Shown here: positions 12,179-26,160 of the stretch, one piece after another
Position numbering within the stretch: the stretch's first letter is position 1
How the letters are laid out: each line of letters begins with the position of its first letter
Assembly (NCBI GenBank): GCA_965202585.1
Contig: OZ241832.1
Coordinates: 17,484,001 to 17,548,000, forward strand
DNA length: 64,000 nt
Direction: 5' to 3'
Origin: Thalia democratica
Lineage: Eukaryota
The notes under the pieces: generated by a model
What the model was told of the DNA's origin: nothing
What the model saw: only the letters and a program-made list of their open reading frames with translations
The model's database searches: none
Position numbers and translations under genes: made by a program

Positions 12179-13898
12179 GTTTTTTGTTTGAAAAAAACCA
12201 CTTCAAAAAATGTCACTCGTTGAAATTCTTTTGAAAGTCTATAAAAGTAGTTTTTCTTTTAACATTGTGTTTTTTATTTTCAAGTTCTCTTATTAATTAT
12301 TATATTTTATGTTTTTGATAATTTTCAATTGATTGGATTAACGCATTCAACAAACTATCTTATTTAAACATTACAGTTGAAAAAAGCAAGTTTTAGCACT
12401 TTTTGTTTAATTTGAAAGTCACTGTGTGATAAAACACTTCAAAAGTACTCGAAAAGTTCTTTAGGTTTATTAAATTTATTGAATTACGCTAACTGAGCTG
12501 ATAAGAAACAGATTCACTAATTAGAAAACTTTAACTCAAAATTTACTCGGTTTTTTCAAAAATTGTACGTGATATATATGATCACTAAAAAATTCAATTT
12601 AGTTTACATTAACTATTTTAATAACGGAAAAATAAAGGGTTGGGAAATCAAATAAAAATTATTTTCTTGCAATGTCAAACAGTTAACAGAAAAATGACAG
12701 AAAATTCACAAAGCTCGAAGTTTAAAATTTTTTTATGAAAAGATGGCGCTTCGATAAAGTCTAAATAAAACTTAAGAAAAGTTGACTTTTCCAAGTAAAA
12801 AACTTGAAATGCGATTATTACGTCATATTATTAGTACAATCGACATCGACTTTTATAACGGATTTTTGACATAGTAGTTGATGTATGAGTTGTTAACAAT
12901 GAATCGTCTACTTGATTGTTGATAAATGTTTATACACTAGTATTTGGCTCGGGTCATATGTCACGTCTATTTGAATATATTTATACTATCAGACGTCTCA
13001 GAGTCTATTATGATGCTTTAATGGTCGGTATTATCGATGATTTTTAATTATTGATTTATATAAATTGCTTTTACTGCGGCAATGATATCTAAACAGCTAG
13101 CTTTTTTTTAAACTTTTTTTGACCTAACGTCTATAAAAATAACCTTAAAAGGTAATGAGTTGTTTTAAAATGCGCAATGAAAATAACTAAATAAGTTATT
13201 TTATTGACATTGTTTAAGTTGCTCTTCAACGTACGTTTGTTTTGCTTATTTACTTTGCAAATAAAACAAACCACAGGTTCTATTGTCTATATCTAAATTT
13301 TTATAAGAAATGCTTATTACGTAAAAACTTTTCTTTGACGACAGAATTGTTATGTTAACACGATACTTGTTATCTTGTATGGTCTAAATATTTAATAACC
13401 ATAAATTTTCAGATTTTGCACTTGAAAGCGTTTTAAACTTATACATGTGTATGAAAACGTTGTAGATTTTTCTAAACAGTCATTTGATTATTTTTGTTTT
13501 GCTTGATGCGATAGAAAATTCACAAAAAGATACTGACTGTGTCATGGTCAGATTTAAGTGCTATTTTAAATAAATGTCTTATCGACTTTATTTGAAAAGG
13601 TTTTTCAATTTAAAATTAAAATATTCAATGTAGCTAAACAGTTTATAAAGATTTTTATTATACTTATATACTTATCTATAATAATTTTAATGTTCATTTA
13701 GTTTTCAAAATGAAATTAAGCAGATCCTTTACAGCGTTGAATTAATTTTTAAGCAAGGAAATAACAAAAGGTATATGTATTTTTTTATTTAGCTTAAAAG
13801 TCTACTTCGTGATATTCAAAAGGTTAATTCTTGCTTTTAAAGATTTGTGTTTAAGTATTTAAAGTACGTAATTGATTAATTATATGATTAGATTAATG

Positions 13899-14606
13899 CA
13901 GGGACGTAGCTTGGTAGTTTCTGCAAATCTACAGAAACGTATTTTTATGTGCGAAAAAACTTGCAGCTTAGAAAGACTCTGCTTTCTTAGCTTTTAGTAT
14001 TCATTTATGCTTAGTTATGCACTCCTGAGAGATAGTTTTGACATATATGTACACTTTAGCATTTTTAGTGTCGTAAAAAATTTGAACGAATTATAAACAT
14101 CCAAATTGTAACATTTAGCGCGTTAAAGTTTTGTTTTGTCAAAAAGCTACAACGCAAAATTGAATCTAATAGAAGCTGTAGCTTCAAAAATCAAAATCAT
14201 ACAATTTTATGTTACAAAAATTTGCATAACTTGTTGTTACTATTGACTACGTTAAATGTTTGATTATACGTTTAAATGATTGAATTGAAACATTGAAACA
14301 ATATTAATGTTTTTGAGTTAAGATGTGATTTTTTTATACTTATTTTTAATAAATGTTTTCTGGGTTTACACAAGTGACATGACATAAAGAGTCATATGGG
14401 GTGTGGATCAAAATAAATTGCCTTGTATACAGTTATCACTCGTACTTTAACATTCCATTTTTGATGTATTAACATAACTGCTTATTTTCAGTTTAATTCA
14501 ATAATATTAGAGGTAGTTTAAATTGCTGTGTTCCCGCTAGGACGTGTTATTTCAGATGTTTTAGTTTTTGCAGATTCGTAACTTTTTTGAACTAGCTACG
14601 ACCCTG
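13899..14606. mobile_element. Non-autonomous hAT-type DNA transposon (MITE), 708 bp
   Basis: 13-bp TIRs CAGGGACGTAGCT / AGCTACGACCCTG (12/13 match). Perfect 8-bp TSD GATTAATG at 13891-13898 and 14607-14614. Absent at the homologous positions in U4 (~34995) and U5 (~45380). Confidence 0.9.
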
Positions 14607-17600
14607 GATTAATGACTTGATAGTGCTGTTTGTCTAGCTTAACTTTATTCTAACTGCAAATCATGAATATACCAGAAATATGATACTGATTTTCAAGTTT
14701 GGACAATAGTTTCAAATTATGAACATTTCGCACTAATTTTCGAGATTGACTGGTACCAGTTGTCAGAACACATTTTTCATGAGATTGCATTATACAAATA
14801 ATTTTTTTTGAAAAAAAAGCTTAACACTAGTATGATTAATTAAATAAATACATAATGCTTTTTTTTTTCAAAAGTTTCAGCAACTTTAAAACATAAAAGG
14901 ATAGAACTAATCCTAAAACTAAAAATATAACTATTAATTGGTTTGGAGAAAAATTTTCTCAAAACTTTTAATTAAACATTTCACGTAAGATATGCACTTT
15001 TGATTTGCTTTAATGTGCGTACCTTATCGATGTTCCTACAGTAGTGCAGCTACGGTAATATATTAAAAAAACCAAAACTATCTAGAAACAAAATAAATAT
15101 TTTAAGAAGCTTGTGTTCTTTTGCTTGCAAATACAACGAAAAAGTTGTGAATATATCTTGTTTTAAACATAACGGTTTACTGAAATTAAAAATTTGTAGA
15201 ATTAAAGAAAAAATATGCTTGATTCTGATATAACTGTAATTCAAAATCTCTACGGCTGTTTTTTTTTATCAAAAAGTTTAGAACAGCAAATTTAGTTATT
15301 TACCATTTACAAAATCAATTATATAATATAGGTTATTCGAAGCATTTATAAAGTTCAACATTTTTAAAACAAATTTACCGTAAAGTGATTTGAAGTATTG
15401 CAATGATAAGATTCGCCTAATTAGAGTAAGAATTATTTCCTACAGCAGAGGATGAAATTACTATGAATCTATGCAACTAAAGCATACACATCTTTGCATG
15501 CATAATTAGCTGACTATTTAATTGCAAACAAATACTAAGCAGATTATTTTACAATTGTATTTGTAGATCGGTAAATAGACTAAAACTTAAAAGTTTTAAA
15601 TCATCTGACAGGTACTTTGATCAGTGAAAAACACATGTTTTGATTGCTATGTTCACAAAAATAGAATTTTTTATACAAAACGTTTTACAACAAAAGTAGT
15701 AAAGCTTTGAACCTTACATGTAAAGGTTTTTTCATTTCATAAAGTAATTTGCTGAACTTTTTTATAAAATTCATGTTTAATATCACTTCAATAGAAAATT
15801 AAAAAAAAAAACTTAGAGTAAATAAAAAAAGAAAATTAATATATTGCTAAATTTTGAGTTTTCAAAGTAACTTTTAAAACTGTATTCTTGAAATAAAAAA
15901 ACTTAGCATTCATATAACAGTGTTTTAAACTTAAAATTCAGTAAAAACTTATATGAACAACGCAAGCAATTAATGTCTAAATTACTCTTTGTTTGCTTTT
16001 AAAAAGACTTAAATAGTTTTAAATAAGTTATTTTAAGTAGCAGAATTTTGCTTGTTATTATTAGAAACACATTTGTACTGTCGAAGTATATTTAACTGTT
16101 GTACTTTTTCATGTAAAAAGAGTTTAAAATATCAAAAGAAAATAACAAAGAGGGAAAATATACTTACGTTTAAAGTACATATACAATACTTACAAAGTAT
16201 GTTGGTAAATACGATTTTAAACTATTAAGCATAATGATTATAATTTATCTATACTCTACCATTAAGCCTTTCACATAGTTAGCGTTTAAAGTAACATTTT
16301 TTTTTGCTTAAATACAAAAGAAGCTATCATTTGGCTACAACACTTATATTTTTATGTTTTTAATTCCTAAAAAGATCTCTTCACAGTTTCCAAATTGACA
16401 TAAACGCCTGTCAACAACACATGCTTATCCTTAAATTAAAATCACGTTAAGTAAATAAGAAGCTCATTTGCTCATAGAAGCTCAATGGTGCAGTAGTCGT
16501 ACTTATCGTTATATTTTGCAAAATATCAATTTTTTTTGTTTATCAAACAGGCGTTGATCGGTGAAGATTAAGTTCATAATTTTTTGTTTACCTTATCAAA
16601 AATTGAAGTGGGCATTAAACCTTTATATTTTATAATTGTTGATTTTATAGATAAAAAGTGCTAAAGTCAAGTGTTAGAAAACACTTTTGTGGTATTTATT
16701 AAGCAATGTTACTGTGTTAGAATATAGTTTAACAAGATTACCTGTAAAATTTTACAGGTGTTCTTTGTTTTTTAAAATTATTGATTACTTTTTCAATTAT
16801 TCATAATTGTCTATTGATTTGTTAAAAATTATTGAAGTTTAATTTATAACGTTTGTTTACCTTTTTATACTGATAAGTTACTTTTTTTGCTAGCTATTGT
16901 TTTAAACTATATTTACTAACTTAGATTAGTTTTGATATTTAAATCTTATGTTAAACTACACTTAGTAGGATAAAAAAATGTTTGAACTTTATTTAATATA
17001 TTTTATATTAGCTTCTAAACCATGTTGTCGTTAGAACTATTTTTTAGCAATGTTAATAAAATTAGCAGAGTTACATTACAAATTAAAACTTCCTTTGTGT
17101 ACAAAAATAATTTCACAAAATTAGCTTCGTCTTACAAGTGTTTACATATTATAGTCACTAATCGCATTATAACTAAACGCTGAATTAACCTTGAGGCTAA
17201 AAGGCTTCATTGAGGAGTCAAAAACTGGAAATGTTTAAACAAAAAAGAAATTTAATAGACTTAAATAGTTTTGCCTAAGTATTTGAAAAAAATACTAATT
17301 TTACTAATAAAATCAAGATTATACTTTTAAACTTTTTTCTTACATAAATAATCTCATACTTTTAATTTAAAAATCCTATGCAACTAGAATCGTTATAGAT
17401 TTTATTTTGATTAGTATAAAACAACACAGTTTATAAGTAAACTGTAAGCCCTTTAAAAAGTCTTTAAATAAATATATTTACTTAACAGATTTTTAATCCA
17501 GGCGTAGTTGTTAAAAGTTGTAACGTACATACTGAACTTTTCTTAAAATACCTCTGATCTTTACAAATTTCAAATTCAAATGATTTAATTTATCATAGAA

Positions 17601-20600
17601 TATAAACGTAGCGACAATATTTGCGTACCTTTGTTAGTTACAAGTTCTCTTTATTGCAAGACCTGACTTCTTAACTTTCTAATTTCAAATACGTGACGAC
17701 ACTGAATTAAGGGTTAGTACTAGCAGTAGAAAAATAATCTTGAAGTTCTAAATTTATTTCCTTTTTGTTTACATATGTACTTTTTAGATTTAATAAGTTG
17801 TTTGGAATATGTTTGAAAGAGTAGCATTGAGCATTTGAACATGAAAATTTCTATTCAATGATAAGAAAAGGACATTTATTAAAAAGGTCAGCTTCATCAA
17901 ATAAAAATCGTATTTATTCATGAGGTTTTGATCACAACTTTAAAATTAAAGTTATAATACCTTAATTATTAAAAAAAAACACAATTTAGTTACTTTAAAT
18001 TTCAAAAGTTCAAAAACATGTATAGTAATATAGATATTATGTATACATACAATAGTATTTGTAATATAATCTGAGTTAAAGTAAATAGTTTTGATTAATA
18101 ACTTAGTTCTTTTTCGTTCAAATACTTTTGTGATAAAAAAATACTTTTGAAATTAAAGTAGTTTAGCATGTATAACTTATATTACAAACTTTAATACCAT
18201 CTGCAAAAAAACGTAACAAATCTTTATCGATAAATTTTTTTTTAATGTTTTATAAGCTATTGTATACATAACAAATTAACGTGTGAGCTTTAACACATTT
18301 GCTATTATTATTTTTAAAATTGGTTCATTTCTCAAAATTTATCTAAAAATATCAATATTAATTCTATAATATTTTGAACGTTATATCTTACATAAGTAAA
18401 AATCTTTGTTGCTATATAAACAATAGAGTATAGCGCAATTTTAATTTTAAATTTTTCGATTTGTTTTTATATTGAAAAAGTTTTGTATTTGAAATTAAAT
18501 TACTATAACTTAATTATAATAAAATTATTTAAATTATTATATTATATTATTATAATAAAATTGCCTATTGTTTGAACAATCATTTTAGTTTATATTCTTA
18601 CATTATAGATTAAACTGAAACTTCCCTAAAACAGTCTTTTGAACCTTATTTTTAGATTTTTATTGTTGCACAATTTAGAGACGGTATAGTTAAAACTTTT
18701 TTGAAGTTTGCTGAAAATCGGTTGCGCGCCAAATTTAATGTAAACATTTCTCGCAATGACAATTAACTTGCGAGGATTCGTCACTTCTTTAGTTCATTCG
18801 TCAAGGAAAATCACTCAAAAGAACGTGACGCCGTCTATACAAATAATTTAAAAAATTTCCTGATCTATGAAAGCATGGTAAATTTTGTATTTGATTGATG
18901 TTCAAGATAAAATGCTTTCAAGCAAAATTTTATACTTAACTAATAATAAAGTTCATTTGCTCTAAAAAATAAAACTAAATAAAAATTAAATCAATTTAAC
19001 AAAGTAATCAAGGTTTTAAAAGCTTGTTTACAACTTCTCAACTAATTATAAAGTAAGCTATTAACAAAAACAGTGAGTATTTTCGTAATATTAGCCTACT
19101 TATAACAGATTATCAATTGCAAACATGACAAAATGCAAATTACCTACATAAAGCACAAACTTGTTTAAAAACAAACTCGAACTTTCTAGTGTTTAATAAA
19201 GTTATGTTATTTTAATCTTGCTTTATCTATAAAATGTAATTTGATTGTTATGAAAAACATCTACCTTTTTTATCATGATAAAACAAATATCTCAAACATC
19301 CTAAGTGTACTTTTTGTATAGCTAAAAATATTAGCTTTTTTAACATTTAGTTAAAAAAACATGAAACAAATACATGCTAAAAAACCTTTTTAGCATGTTA
19401 CATTAAATGACCGCCAAAAAATTTAATATTTTTCACTTGACATCGTTGGTATCAACTACATACTATTATTGTGACGTCACATGAAGCTATATGTTTCAGC
19501 ATGGCGTAACAAAAGAGACGTATGCGGCGTGTTTGTTATCTGTATAATTTCTCCTTCTGTATTTTATGCTGCACTTTTTGTGAGAAACACATTTTCTTGC
19601 CTTGTAGCAGCCGAAAAAAAAAATTCGAATGTAAAACATCAAAATTTAATTATATTACTAATAAGTTTTAGTTTGTGATATTTTAGCTAAAGCAAGAATT
19701 TAAAAAATTAACTGTCAGAATAAAATAAAGTAAGAAATAGTAGTTTTCAATTAATGTTTTAATTTGTTTTGAAAAGAGTCTAAAACTTTATCTGCTATGA
19801 ATAAAACTAAAACACGTTTTGACCATTAAAAACTAAAGTTTATTGTAATAAAAACTATTAATCTGTATAATAACAAAGTTTTTATGACATCATAAAGCAC
19901 TATGAACCGTTGCAGTTGTAAATGTAATAAAAACATTATAATTACATTTTGCTTTGTGGATATTTATTAAATGAACCTGTCAATATTTGACAGCAGTATT
20001 TTAAAACTTGTTGTATATCATATTTTTCTGGCATTTATGTGTGGATTTATCACTATGTTTGTTTAAAAGCTATATAAGTACACTGTTATATTGTTTTTAG
20101 CTGAAAAATAGGTTAAATTTAGTAGGTGTAAATAAAAAATAGTTTTCAGGTTATTTTCCTATTCATAGTTTAAAATTTTTCATTTACTTTAGTCACATAT
20201 TTAATAAACATTGTTAATTAAATAATCTTTTAAAATATTTTAAATGATATTTTGAATTTATTTATTAACAGTTAAAGTTTGTTATTTTTCAGTTTAGTAG
20301 AATAGAGTAGTTTATGTTTAATAAATATTTAGATATTAAATAAAAACTATTGTTTTAAAAAATACTTAGTTTTTTATTATTGAAACAAATAAAGAGTTGT
20401 TTATTGTATCTAAGTAGTCTAAAGTTTTTCTACCAATATGTATCTAAAAAAATACTAATTAATGTACTTTTTTTTTTTCTAAAATCGTTTTATGTTTTGT
20501 TTAAAAAAACAAGTTATAATGGCATAAACTATAGTTATAAGCAAATTTCTCACAAAAAACTTCATAAACATGAACAAAATTAATCTTAAATTTGGGTATG

Positions 20601-23600
20601 CACTAATTTAACTCTAAACTTGTAACATATATTTTGCATTTCAAATTTTATGTATGCGAGCTATTAGGTTAATAAATTACGGAAATTGCTAAAAAATTCT
20701 TCAGTTGAAAAAAGTTAAACAGTTTAAATAAGCTAATATAACGAAATAAAATGTTTCTAAATTTTGGTTTTCCGAATAGGACGATATCGCCACGTAGGAT
20801 ATTTTGGCCTATAAATAAAAAGGCACGAAAAAGTAAGTGTGTATTTGACTAGTTAATTAGCGATATCTCATTAAGAGGGGTTATTATTTTGTTTAAATTC
20901 AGCCAAAGGGGCTGATTAAAGGAGCGATTAAGTATAATGACTTCGAGAAACACTTAATTGTCAAAAGCAAAAAAAATATTAGGAAAAACTTATAACTACC
21001 ATTTTTTAAAAGGTTCTTATTTTAAACTATTTTTAACAAAGGTTTTAAACCTACTTTTTTCATTTTTTGAAATTAGACTTTTAACATTAAAGCGTTTTAA
21101 TAAAAACTAATAATTATTTTACGACTTTTCTATGATAATTTGAATTTAATTACACTACTAAACATTTTGACCAAATGTTATTTAAAGGTCATTTATTTTA
21201 TCTTATTATTATTTTTTATTAAGCCTACGAAGTGATTAAAAGTACTTATACCCGGTGGAACACAATAAAAATTAAACAACGTTATAAATTTAATTATAAT
21301 AAAACAGTCAATGGTATAAGTATTATTTAACACTCCCAATTAAAGTTCAAGTAAAACTATCTATAATATTAAAGATGACAAAGCGACAGCTTACTCACAA
21401 TACTTAACTTCTTTCGTAAACTTTTATTCTTTGAAATAATTGTACATATATAGTATGGCAAACAAAAAGCTTTATCATCATAAACTTTATTTTACTAAAA
21501 CTGTTTGTAAACAATTTCTTTCAACTAACAAAACGTAAAACAATGGCTATAAGCAAGTAAGTACTTAAGAATATAACAACGTTTACTAAATGTAATTTTT
21601 ATAAATATTTGTCTACTTATCAGGTTGCAAAATTTAAGACTAGCGAAACATGTATATAAGTAAGTATAAAGCCTATGTTTTTTACAAATAAAGTGCTTTA
21701 AAACTTTATTTATTCAAAAAAATATTTTGAATTAACATTTTTTTTTGTTAACAATTTATCAATTGTTGCTAAAATTTATATTAAATAACTTAAATACTTT
21801 AAAAGTTTATTTTTAAAGTCTTTTTTTTATATTGAAATAGTGAATTCAAATTTAGCATGCTTTTAGTTTCATCTTGATAGTTGTATAAAAGTTTAAAAAT
21901 AGAATATTTTTAAGAGTATTTTTCATTACTGCTATGGGTAAACGACGTAACATACTATTTTTTTTTGCATTTGAAATCGTAAAAAATATTTGTTTACCAA
22001 CATACGTTAAGCAATCGCATTGTTTAATACAAACTGTCCTTATATAAGTCGTTTCAAAACCTTTTTACATATCAGGCAGAAACATAAAAAGTATCTTCAA
22101 TGACGTATAACAAGAGAGTGCTGAAGTTTAAGAGAAATAAAAAAATTAACAAAAAATATATACAGGTATTATAATTGATTAAATAAACACATTATTGTAT
22201 GGTATATTACATACTTTATTAGATGTTTTTGTTCATCTTTTTTTACAGCGTTCCAAAAAAGTAGAGCTACAATGTTTTTTATAAAAACTTAATGTACTTA
22301 AAAGAGTAAAATAATTAAGTTTAGGTACGCTAAATGCCATAATAGCTTTTGATTTATGAGTTTTTAAGGTAAAAACTATAATTAGTAACGTTAATTGACT
22401 TATAATAGTAATATACTTTTAAACTTCAAACAATAAGCGTTGATTAGAATACTTAGCGGTGACATATATAATCCAATTACAAACAATATTTCAGTTTTTA
22501 TGTATTCCAGTAGACAGTTTTACGAGCTTGTTTAATGTGTAATTTTTATCTTAAAGCTGTTTGACATGGACAAGACAATTAATTTGTGGGTTTATACATT
22601 TTTAAACACGTATTTCTTCCGACTGTTTCAATTACTTAAATCATTTTGAGAATTAGAGGTTTTTTAAGTTTTATGAAAATTATTAAACCGAGTTTGCTAA
22701 GGTTTGCGATTTATTTTTTGCTACGTAAAAGTTAACAAGTTAGCACACTTTTCTATTTTTATATAAGTAGGTTTTCGCACAAATTGTGCTTAAATTATAT
22801 TGCTAAATAGTCAAAATAATCGTCCTAACTTTCAACCTACGAACATTTATATTATTAAGTTTTGAAAATCATTTGTATAAGTATAAAAACAAAACGGTAT
22901 TTATTTTGTTACTATAAACATATATTTAAAAAACAAAGTATTACCTATAACTTCTTTGTGAGCTTTTAAAGATATTAATGTAATGACAAAACTAAATTTG
23001 TTTTACGTTATTTCTAATATAAACAGGTTTACTAAACTACCATATTATCACTTGATACCAATATTAGCTACTTGTTGAAGTCAAAATACAAAAATCTACT
23101 TAAAAGAGGCGACTTAAGGTGTTGCAGTATTTTGTGTAAACTCAGCAGGAGAGAAAAATCCAGTTTACAAAACAATAACGCGGAAAGTTATTCAAGCCTG
23201 TTTTTTAGTATGAAACAACTTAAAAAGATATAGATTTTAATTAAACTGTTTATGTTTCATTTTATTCTAGTACCTTCTAAGTTGAAACTTTTGTGAGCTA
23301 ATTGTTTTGATTTTACAAATAGGCCTTGCTGATTTAAAGTTGTTGAGGTTGATGTTCTCAAAAGGAGTCGGATTATAAATTTAAAGTTATACATGGTACT
23401 TTAGTGCTTCGTTTTAACTTTGATGACATTGTTTCAAAAAGCACCTTTGAAATCTTTACTACAATTGTGTCCTAATACGTGCTGATAAGAAATTAACAAG
23501 CTAAACATGTTTTTACTAAAATATTTTTCAGCTTAAAACATGCTGTTTGGTTAAATCGCGTTTGTCAACAAAAACCTTACTATATTTACCTTTGATTATC

Positions 23601-24297
23601 TCTAAAGCTGTAATTTACTGCAAAGCATTTTGATACGAGATTTGAGTTAAAATATCAACTTTTAACGATTCTAACATAGAACTTATGCACAGATTTTACT
23701 ATGATCAACGCTTACGAAAAACTTTTTTTTATAGAAGAAACGTTTTAACCTCAAAGGAAAAAAAGTCATGTGACACATTGTACTAAAAATAATTTCTTTA
23801 AGCTTTAAGTTGAAAGTTGTTATGAAAAGAAGCAATGACAAAGTTTTAAACTGAACAAAAATTAACTTTGTAGACTAAGAAGCTCAAGATGCGATCATGA
23901 CACCTTAAGATTTTAACTTACGACAATACTAAAGAAAAACTTAAAACTTTTAATTTTTTATCCATAACCAGACTAATTAACAGTGAATACATTTTATTTT
24001 TTTTTGTAGAACATTAAGTTAATCTTTTCTTGAATCCAATATTTTATGTATTGAAGTATTTTTCATACTTTCTTAACACAAAAATAGGTGAATGAGATTA
24101 CAGTCAAAAATTATTTTAATAATCGCTATAAAAAATTTAAGCTGACCCACTTAATTTTTTGTTTACTTGTTTGTTGTGTGACATTGAGGTCAGTACTATT
24201 AACTTTATATTGTATTTAAAGTAATTAAAACAAACCATCATTGAATATGAAATTTTAAAGTTAACTAAGTTTTTTTAAAACAGTTAAAAGATAAGAG

Positions 24298-24520
24298 TAG
24301 GTGTCAAAATCGCACAGCGATAATTTAGCACAGGTAGTCACTTTGTCACAGTGTCAACTTTTTCACGGAGTGACACTTTAGTACAGAGTGTCACTTTAGC
24401 AACAAGTGTCAGTATAACACAAGGCGTCACTTTAGCAAGCCGTCACTGTATCACTGAGTGACATTTTAACACGGAGTGACACTTTAGCACAGGTCGTCGC
24501 TTTAGCAACAAGCGTATATT
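24298..24520. repeat. Degenerate ~18-bp tandem array (consensus ~GAGTGACACTTTAGCAC), about 12 units
   Basis: Visible periodic GTCACTTTAGCA/GTGACACTTTAG units. Resembles the subterminal repeats of the 38736-39004 element family. Confidence 0.75.
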
Positions 24521-26160
24521 TAAACTTGAGTTCGATTATATTTTAATTGAATGCACAAAACAGTTGTAGCTTAAATTAAGGTCAAAATTCAATTCATTAT
24601 TTTAAATCTTTTTTCTTAACATAGTACAATATGTACTTTATAACATTAAAATTGCATAAACAGTTTGCTATTACACTTATGTTTCTCATTTACAATGTAA
24701 GTAAAAACAAAACAAGCCAAGTTGTCTTTTTTTCCAAAAGATAGATTAAAACTTTAGGTGAAGTTATTGTAGTTTTAGAGTTGTTATATAAATAAAGTTA
24801 TTTGAAAACAACAGTTGATTGTACAAGCTAAACATAAACTGCTCTAATTTTCTTAATTTTTTTATTAAAACTTTTAAAAGTTGACTAAATTTATTTCTTT
24901 GGCTTTGTTTTCTAGTGGTGAATTAAAATGCTAGAACAAAGATAAACAACTGTGCGATAAATTTAATTTTTCATACAGGTAAATAAAAATAACTTTTTAA
25001 AAGTAACATTTAAAAAAGCATTTACTTCATGAAATTAAAAAGTTTACTATAGGACCTTAACATTTTTATTAAACCCTTTTTGAGTTTAACAACAATTAAT
25101 TTCAGTAATTAGATTAGTGACCGTTTAATTAAAGCTTGAACTTAAAGTTGGTTTATATGTGTTGTGTAAGTGTAGAACTATATTTAATTATAATTAAGTT
25201 TTATATTTTGTGCATTTTAAACTTTCTTTTCAATACTTAAAATGTTAAAACTCCCCGGCTGGTTATTCTAAAGTTTTAACAAATCGTCGCAATACTAAAA
25301 TTCGTTAACAATACTAAAAAATTTACAAAATACAACTACAAATTTAACCATCACCTTAAATATATTATCATAGAGACTTGAAAAAAAAATATTAACAAGT
25401 TGCTGACTGCTATAGATATAAATGAACAGTTAGCGAATGATGATGGAGTTTTGAAGTGTATCAATTTATACCTACAAGAAGGGGAGTTTAAAATTTCCTT
25501 CACTCATCGAGCCACGCTTAGAATCTTCGTACAAGTGCAAATCGTACTTGATAAATGACTTTCCTGCTGAACTGGTAGAAGTATAACTTTTCGATTTGCC
25601 AGAACAATAAAATTGTGCACATTAAGTTTTTCTTGACTGTTTATTTTGATTAAAATGGTTTATAAGGATTATTATTGTAAAAATAAATACTTTTTGCATA
25701 AGTAAAGGTTTGTAAACAAGTTTACTTCAGCTATTTGTTCTAGATAACTAACAGACGCAAACTAGTACAAAAACACAGTCTAGTTTAAGTAAAAATATAC
25801 CACTTCAAAAGCAGCATTTTTGTTGCTTGCTTTCAGAAATTTCAGGACTATTTTACATACAACCGGCTTATAGTTTTTCACTCTGCAAAGTATGCAGCAG
25901 TTTGTGCCAAGGTTGTGTCTTATACACGTGCCAATAAAAAGAGTGCGGTCATGTTACAGCATGTAACTATAACACTACAACTTAACACTTAATTGAAACA
26001 TAATTGAGAGAATGCGTGTCTCTTCAAACACAAACAAATAGAATAATTTTGAGTAATTTAACTTTTTGCGTACCTTATCGATTTTCCTACAGTAGTTTCA
26101 CTACGGTGATATATAAAATCAAAACTTTATCAACAACAGTTAAAAAAATGAAAAACTCAT

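Larger units (their letters stand above)
9000..19400. repeat. Array unit U2: diverged copy of the Flrt upstream region
   Basis: Ordered blocks at 9690, 10232/10540, 10830, 11300, 12053, 12830, 13200, 13700, 14985, 15600, 16360, 17120, 17590, 18675 and 19100 match blocks in the same order in 39600-51200. Confidence 0.9.

Noticed and set aside
12028-12216. 62-aa minus-strand ORF (GNLIWGLISRLNDFPGYCF...) over the ultraconserved element as a coding exon
   Set aside because: The minus-strand AG is preceded by an A-rich tract rather than a polypyrimidine tract. The U3 copy has an in-frame stop and the U4 copy a 35-nt frameshifting deletion. No family recognised.
15005-15060. Minus-strand microexon (…AG|…ATCGATAAG|GTACGC)
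   Set aside because: The donor GT is lost in U5 (ATAAGATACGC) and the U4 copy is degraded. A GATA site explains the conservation equally well.
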